Shown: piece after piece, positions 52,898 to 64,000 of the stretch | Position numbering within the stretch: position 1 is the first letter of the stretch | How the letters are laid out: each line of letters begins with the position of its first letter | NCBI RefSeq assembly: GCF_009914755.1 | Contig: NC_060929.1 | Length of the DNA: 64,000 nt | Source of the DNA: the human T2T-CHM13v2.0 reference genome, Homo sapiens | Strand: one strand, 5' to 3' | Position numbers and translations under genes: made by a program | Notes under the pieces: generated by a model | Told to the model about the DNA's origin: nothing | Seen by the model: only the letters and a program-made list of their open reading frames with translations | Database searches by the model: none

Positions 52898-53737
52898 TGA
52901 GGTGATCCGCCTACCTCGGCCTCTCAAAGTGCTGGGATTACAGGCGTGAGCCACCGTGCCCGGCCCAAAATATATTTTTAAAACTTAAAATGAACAACTC
53001 AATCAAAAGGTAGGGAAAAGATCAGAACAGACAACTCACCAAAAAAGATATACAGATGGCATGTAAGCATATGAAAAGATGCTCAAATCTTTAAGGATTT
53101 GAGGTCCTTAAGGAATTGCAAATTAAAACAGCAATGAAACAGGAACTCTCCTGAGCTCAAGCAGTCCACCCACCTTGGCCTCCCAAAGTGCTGGAATTAC
53201 GGGTGTGAGCCACTGCACCCAGCCTCAACTGGAATTTCTGTTCCACTGGTCTTCCCCTATATATGCCAATATAACACTTAATTATAGAGGCTTATGATAT
53301 ATTTTGATCTGGAGGAACACCCCTGCCTCCACTCTGTTGCTCTTTTTCAGAGTTTTCCTGTTTATTTGCTCCTCTAAAAGAAATTTGAAATCAACTTTTT
53401 AAAGTTGAAATTTTATGAAATTTGTAAATGAACTTCAGGGGTTGTAGTTGACATCTTTATGTTGCTGAATCTGTTCAAGAACATAGTTATATCTTGGAAA
53501 GGTTTTGACATACTTACTCAGTAGTGTTTGCTGGCCTCCCTTTTTTGGGGTACTTCTTTATTTGACAAGTACAGACACTTATTATCAAGTTGGTTCAAAA
53601 TGCGTTATTTTTTCAGAGTGGGCTGGGCATCGATATTTATGAACTCCTCTAAGTATTTAAGAGGAATATTTCTGAACCTTGCAAAGTAGTATACATTCTG
53701 ATTACTCTGAGTAACAGATTACCTTTACAGCAGATAG

Positions 53738-54087
<350 letters not shown>

Positions 54088-54965
54088 TAAACGTTAATTT
54101 TGTCATTTTTATTTTGGACCATCTGAGGATTATTTCACATATTCAAGGATTCTAGTTGTCGTTTCTCCAACATTGTATTTTTGCTTAAAATTAGTATCAA
54201 AAATGAAATAGTCATAAAACTGATTATTTGATTTGAACTGTTTTCAGGGGTGTGTGTGTGTGTGTGTGTGTGTGTTTAATACTACTGTTAGTGAGAGTGC
54301 CAGAAGTGATGAATAGCAGAAATCACCGTGAACACTTGGGGGGCCTGTGTGTGGGCCTTGGACTTTTCCACCAAGGAAATTATGAAAACTTTCTCACAGT
54401 CCTGGAATAAATTTGAAAGAGAACAATTTTTCATACTAAATACTGGGGAATATTTTTAAATGTGTGTTTGTAAATTCTTATTGGAGTTAAAGTCACAAAA
54501 AGTCACAGTCCTTAGTTAACCCTCTTGTCATATGCATTGCCACTGCCTCAGTTTATACTTCATTTCTCCTCTGGACTAAACTTGTATAACTGGTAGCCCA
54601 CATTTAAAGTCTTCTCAATTCAGCCTTCCTACTTTTTCCAGAATAATATTTCTATTCTCTTTCTCTTCTCTTTTCACTCCTCTTCTCCCTTCTCTTCTCT
54701 TCCTTGACAGAGTATCTGTCGCCCAGGCTGGAGTGCAATTGTACAGTCTTGGCTCACTGCAGCCTCCGCCTGCTGGACTCAAGCCATCTTTCCAGCTCCC
54801 CTTCTTGCGTAGCTGGGACCACAGGCACGTGCCACCACGCCCAGCTAATTTTTGTATTTTTAGTAGAGATGGGGTTTCGCCATGTTGGCCAGGCTGGTAT
54901 TGAACTCCTGGCCTTAAGTGATCCACCTGCCTTGGCCTTACAAAGTACTGGGATTACAGGCATGA

Positions 54966-55193
<228 letters not shown>

Positions 55194-55789
55194 TAGAGAT
55201 GGGGTTTCACCATGTTGGCCAGGCTGGTGTCAAACTCCTGACCTTGTGATCTGCCCACCTCAGCCTTCCAAAGTGCTGGGATTACAGGCATGAGCCACTG
55301 TGCCTGGCCCAGAACAGTATTTCTAACAAAAATAATTGGAGTGGTATTGATTAGAGCAGCATAAAATTTTTCTTTGTACCTCATGGTCTGACTTCACTGT
55401 CAAACCTTACATTTTTACCCTTTCTATTTCTATTCCAGTGATACTTTTTAATTTCCCTAACATGTTATTCCTTCTCATGCCTCCCTTGCTCTTCCCTTGT
55501 CCTGAAATTTCTCCTTCCACTAGTTTTCAGCTCAGAACCTTGATTTCTTTCTTGATAAGTTCCTTGAAGGACTTAAGGATTTGTTTACTGGTGTGTAGTA
55601 ATTGTCATAATAATAAAATAATTTACATGTCTTTTAACTCCACAGAGTTTTGGGGGGTTCAAACTGATTTCTTTGTGCTTGCTGCATGATAGATGCTCAA
55701 TTAATATTTGCTCAATGACTAATTCACCAGAAATCTCAATCCCAAAGAGTTTTTTGTTGGATTCTTTTTTTTCTCTTTCTCTTTGTTAA

Positions 55790-56155
<366 letters not shown>

Positions 56156-56314
56156 TGAAAGTTAACCATATTCTCATCTTTGCAGCAATGTAGGGGAAGG
56201 AGGTCTGTATTAGGAACTTGGCAATTTGAGATCTCTGACAGTTACTTAATCCTTCCAGGCCTCAGTTTCTGTATCTGCAAAATGACATAGATATTTGTGT
56301 GGGTGTGGGTGTGG

Positions 56315-58552
<2,238 letters not shown>

Positions 58553-58643
58553 TGATTAATATTTTTAAACTTTACAGGGGTGTTAGAAGTAAGCATCAGA
58601 AAAGCTAGGTGCAGTGTCTCACGCCTGTAGTCCCAACACTTTA

Positions 58644-58967
<324 letters not shown>

Positions 58968-59014
58968 TCATGCCTGTAATCTCAGCACTTTGGGAGGCCA
59001 AGGCAGGCAGATCA

Positions 59015-59271
<257 letters not shown>

Positions 59272-60203
59272 CTAAATCCTAGAGCATCCTCTCATGTCAA
59301 GTTTTAAGATTGAAAAGTGATAAATTTTTAACATTTTGTGACTTGACATTAAATTTTGCTAATATATACACATCTTATGCATGTGAAATTCTAGGGGTGT
59401 GATTTCAAGCTATTTTGAAACATAATGGCAGAATTTGTCAGCCTAGAAGGGGTGAGGGATGGGCAGGGAACAGACAAGGTCAAATTATTAGATTATTTTT
59501 GGAGGACCAATAAAGTTTGCTTCGCTATAGTGTTTTTCACAAAGAGGATAACAGAAATACCTTCATTTCTCTTGAAACAACATTTCTGCTTGAATCTGAG
59601 CGGTAAAGTCACATTTAGGAAAGGTTGAATATAGCCAACATACTTATTGTTTGTGTTTGTTTTAGTGGAATTAAGTCTGTTAAGTGAAAGAATCAATACT
59701 AGAATAGGAATTAATAGGGGCCAGGCCTGGTGGCTCATGCCTGTAATCCCAGCACTTTTGGGAGGCTGAGGCGGGTGGATCACCTGAGGTCAGGAATTTG
59801 AGACCTGCCTGGCCAACATAGCAAAACCCCGTCTCTACTAAGAATACAAAAAAAATTAGCCAGGCATGGTGGCAGACTCCTGTAATCGGGAGGGTGAAAC
59901 AGGAGAATCGCTTGGCCCGGGAGGCAGAGGTTGCAGTGAGTCAAGAGGTATCACTGCACTCCAGCCTGGGCAACAGAGTGAGACTCCATCTCAAAAAAAA
60001 AAAAGGAATTAATGAAAGATAATTTATTTGGTTCCCCCAAAATCTAATTGTATTACTTCAGAACCTTTTAAGCTAGTTCAGACTCATCTCACAGTGCTTT
60101 ACAAATGTCTCCTTAATGTGTCCTTCATGTTTCTTTTTTTTCCTGACTCAGATTCTGGAAGACCTCATGTTTCTCAATAGTAATATTAGCTAACCTGTTT
60201 TAA

Positions 60204-60638
<435 letters not shown>

Positions 60639-61092
60639 TAAATTTTTCTATTGCTGCTACACAAATTAAAATTGCTTGTGTCTCTAACTTTCCAACAAAG
60701 CTCAGCCACTTCTTCCACTTATTCTTTTTTTTGTTTCTTTTTTTTGTAGAGACAGGGTCTCACCGTGTTTCCCAGGCTGTCCTTAAGGCCTTAAGGCCTC
60801 CTGCCTTGGCCTCCCAAAGTGTTGGGATTACAGGTGTGAGCTGCCACACCCAGCCCCCACCTATTTTAATTGCTTGGATAAAGAATATTGTGGGGGGTTT
60901 TTTTGGAAATGTTTATTCATGTGGTATTTATGTATATTCGAATATTTATACAGTAAACATCCACACTTGTGTAATGCCATTTGGGTCTAATCAGTTATCA
61001 AATATTTGAGAATCTATTATTTAAGATTAAGATATGGTTATATCTTGATTTGCACAGACCATTTGGTTCCATTTCTGGTGTTTCCAAGCTGA

Positions 61093-61326
<234 letters not shown>

Positions 61327-61493
61327 TGAAAATTCTTCAAGGGATATTAGTTTTTTTTTTTTTTAAAGACCTTCCCTTATGTGAAGTTGTGAGGTTAAAT
61401 TTTCTTTTTTTCTAGAAGCAGAACCTTTCAAAGCCTTTACAAGATTATATTGCAGATTTCTAAAAGGGGTATTTGAAAAGAGGTATTTGATAG

Positions 61494-61616
<123 letters not shown>

Positions 61617-62313
61617 TGAATACCTGGGATTATAGGCATGCGCCACTACCACGCCCAGCTAATTTTTGTATTTTTAGTAGAGACAGGGTTTCACCATGTT
61701 GGCCAGGCTGGTCTTGAACTTCAGACCTCAAGTGATCTGGCCGCTTCAGCCTCCCAAAGTGCTGGGATTACAGGCGTGAGCCACAGAGCCTGGCCAGATA
61801 TGTACCATTTTCTAGTCTTATTTGACCCCAAACCCTTTGTCCATAGAGAAAAACTGTATCAACATGTTTGTTGATCTTGTGCCTAAAGGAGAACAGTTTT
61901 ATATACGTCTGTGGGCTGATATTCAGCTACTAGTATATACAATAAAGAAACTGAAATTTTCTTTTTCTTTCTTTTTTTTTTTTTTTTTTGAGTTGGAGTT
62001 TGGCCCTTGTCATCCAGGCTGGAGTGCAATGACACAATCTTGGCTCACTGCAGCCTCCACCTCCTGGATTCAAGCAATTCTCCTGCTTCAACCTCTTGAG
62101 TAGCTGAGATTGCAGGCACCTGCCACCATGCCTGCCTAATTTTTGTATTTTAGTAGAGACAGGGTTTCACCATGTTGGCCAGGCTGGTCTCAAACTCCTG
62201 ACCTCAGGTGATCTGCCCTCCTTGGCCTCCCAAAGTGCTGAAGTTACAGTTATGAGCCACCATGCCCAGCCCAGAAATTGAAATTTTCTGAATTAAGGAT
62301 TTACTGAAAGCTA

Positions 62314-62454
<141 letters not shown>

Positions 62455-64000
62455 TCATCTCAAAAAAGAAAAGAAAACGATTTCAAGTAATAATGGGAGG
62501 CATTTTGGCATGAGAGAGAATCTGGACTTTGGAAGTAATTAATCTAGATTTCAGTCTTCACTCCACCATTTACCATTATCTAGATATTCCTAGACAAGGC
62601 GTGTAACTTTTTGAATCTTTGGCTTTCTCAGTGATGAAAATAAGGGTTTCAATACTTACAGTATCTATTTTATTACACGGTAATAGATGTTTAGTAAATG
62701 GGAGCTGCTGGTACTTAATTTGGAGTATCAGTAATTAAATGTGAATAATAAAGATCTGAGTGTGTGTAAGAGTTTAAATTACTTTAGATCAGAGCCTAGC
62801 CATGATCACTTAATTTCCTGAACAGATTTCAGATTTCATTTCTCCTGCTACTATCAGAGAAGGCATACTGCCTATTACATAAAGCAAAGCAAAGCTGTCT
62901 GTGTGGTCGGAAGGAGAGAACAAAGATTCCTAGTTTTTGCCAAGTTTCTCTCTGGGAATAACTGAAAACAAGACCTAAAATATGCATTCTTAGCAAGCTA
63001 AAACCAACAAGCCAATTGGAATTTAGAGAGTACTTAAATCTCAGCTGAGATTTCACACCAACCCCGTGCAGCGTTTGTTAGTATAAACAGATGAGATATG
63101 GAAAGATAAACTCCACTTAGGAAAATGAGGAGATTACACCCTGGTTACCCAATCCCTATCCAAATAGCTGTTTGAGCCAGCTGGTTAAAATACTACACAC
63201 CATCTATTATTGTTTGTGATACCTTCTTTGAGTCATGCTTTAGCAAGAGATAGATCGGGATCACAGTATTTCGAAAGCTAGTCTGCAAGTGACTGACACC
63301 TTCTTGTCTTCTGACTTGGGAGAGGAGGAAGTTTGACCAAAGCTGCAGTAGGAAAGTAGTTCACACACTTCTGCAATCTCCCGTATACATTTTACAAGAT
63401 GTTTGACCAAAGCTGAAGTAGGAAAGTAGTATAGAATAGTTCACACACTTCCCCAGTCTCCCCTGTGCATTTTACTAGAGATTGATTGGGGTTCAGTCTC
63501 TAGTAAGATGCCCCAAAAGTAAATAATGCCTTTCTCCCACTGATAATATCAGGCAATTACATTTTTAACTTCTGTAATTAAATGCAGTGCTCTCCAAAAT
63601 CCTTGGGAAGTCAGTTTATGGAAGGGGAGTCATCTCTGAAGGGAGGAGGAAGGAGGGAAAGGATCACGGAGCAAGGGATTTTTCTCAGTAAGACAGACTG
63701 GGATGGGCCTGCCCAATGGCTGTTTTTTTTTTCCTTTTTTTTTTTTTTTTTGGTCACTTGTCTGTCCCAGACCAGTGGGGGATTTATGGTAGCAATTGAT
63801 GACATTAGACACTCGGCCCTGAAAGATTAGAGAGAGAAGGGGGTGCCATAGTTAACCTTTGTATCCATTGCAGCTAATTTGTACAATGCTATCTCAAGCC
63901 ACCTTAGATGTCAGTAGACTTTTTTTGGTTTTTTTTGGTTTTTTTTTGAGTCAGTGTCGCCCTTTTTGCCCAGCCTAGAGTGCAGTGGTGCCATCTCAGC

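Overview
Hominid (almost certainly human) genomic DNA. Gene content matches the CLTB-FAF2 locus, which I recall as chr5q35.2 but did not check. The window holds the first two coding exons of CLTB (clathrin light chain B, minus strand; 12535-12721 and 6615-6661) and the first coding exon of FAF2/UBXD8 (plus strand; 44816-44878). The genes are divergent, about 32 kb apart, each with a CpG-island promoter. The intergenic gap and introns are mostly transposable elements: dozens of Alus, L1 fragments, nested LTRs (MER41A, MER4-family, THE1, MST, MER61/67/72-like), a 3'-truncated MER4-type provirus, Tigger-family relics and a full-length SVA. Repeat family names are from recognition, not RepeatMasker, and repeat boundaries are approximate. 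I see no convincing new biological system, and nearly all ORF-track entries are repeat artefacts. The best leads are a possible LTR-created 63-nt cryptic exon, a FAF2 uORF, the SVA with an internal duplication, and several reconstructable nested-insertion or deletion events.
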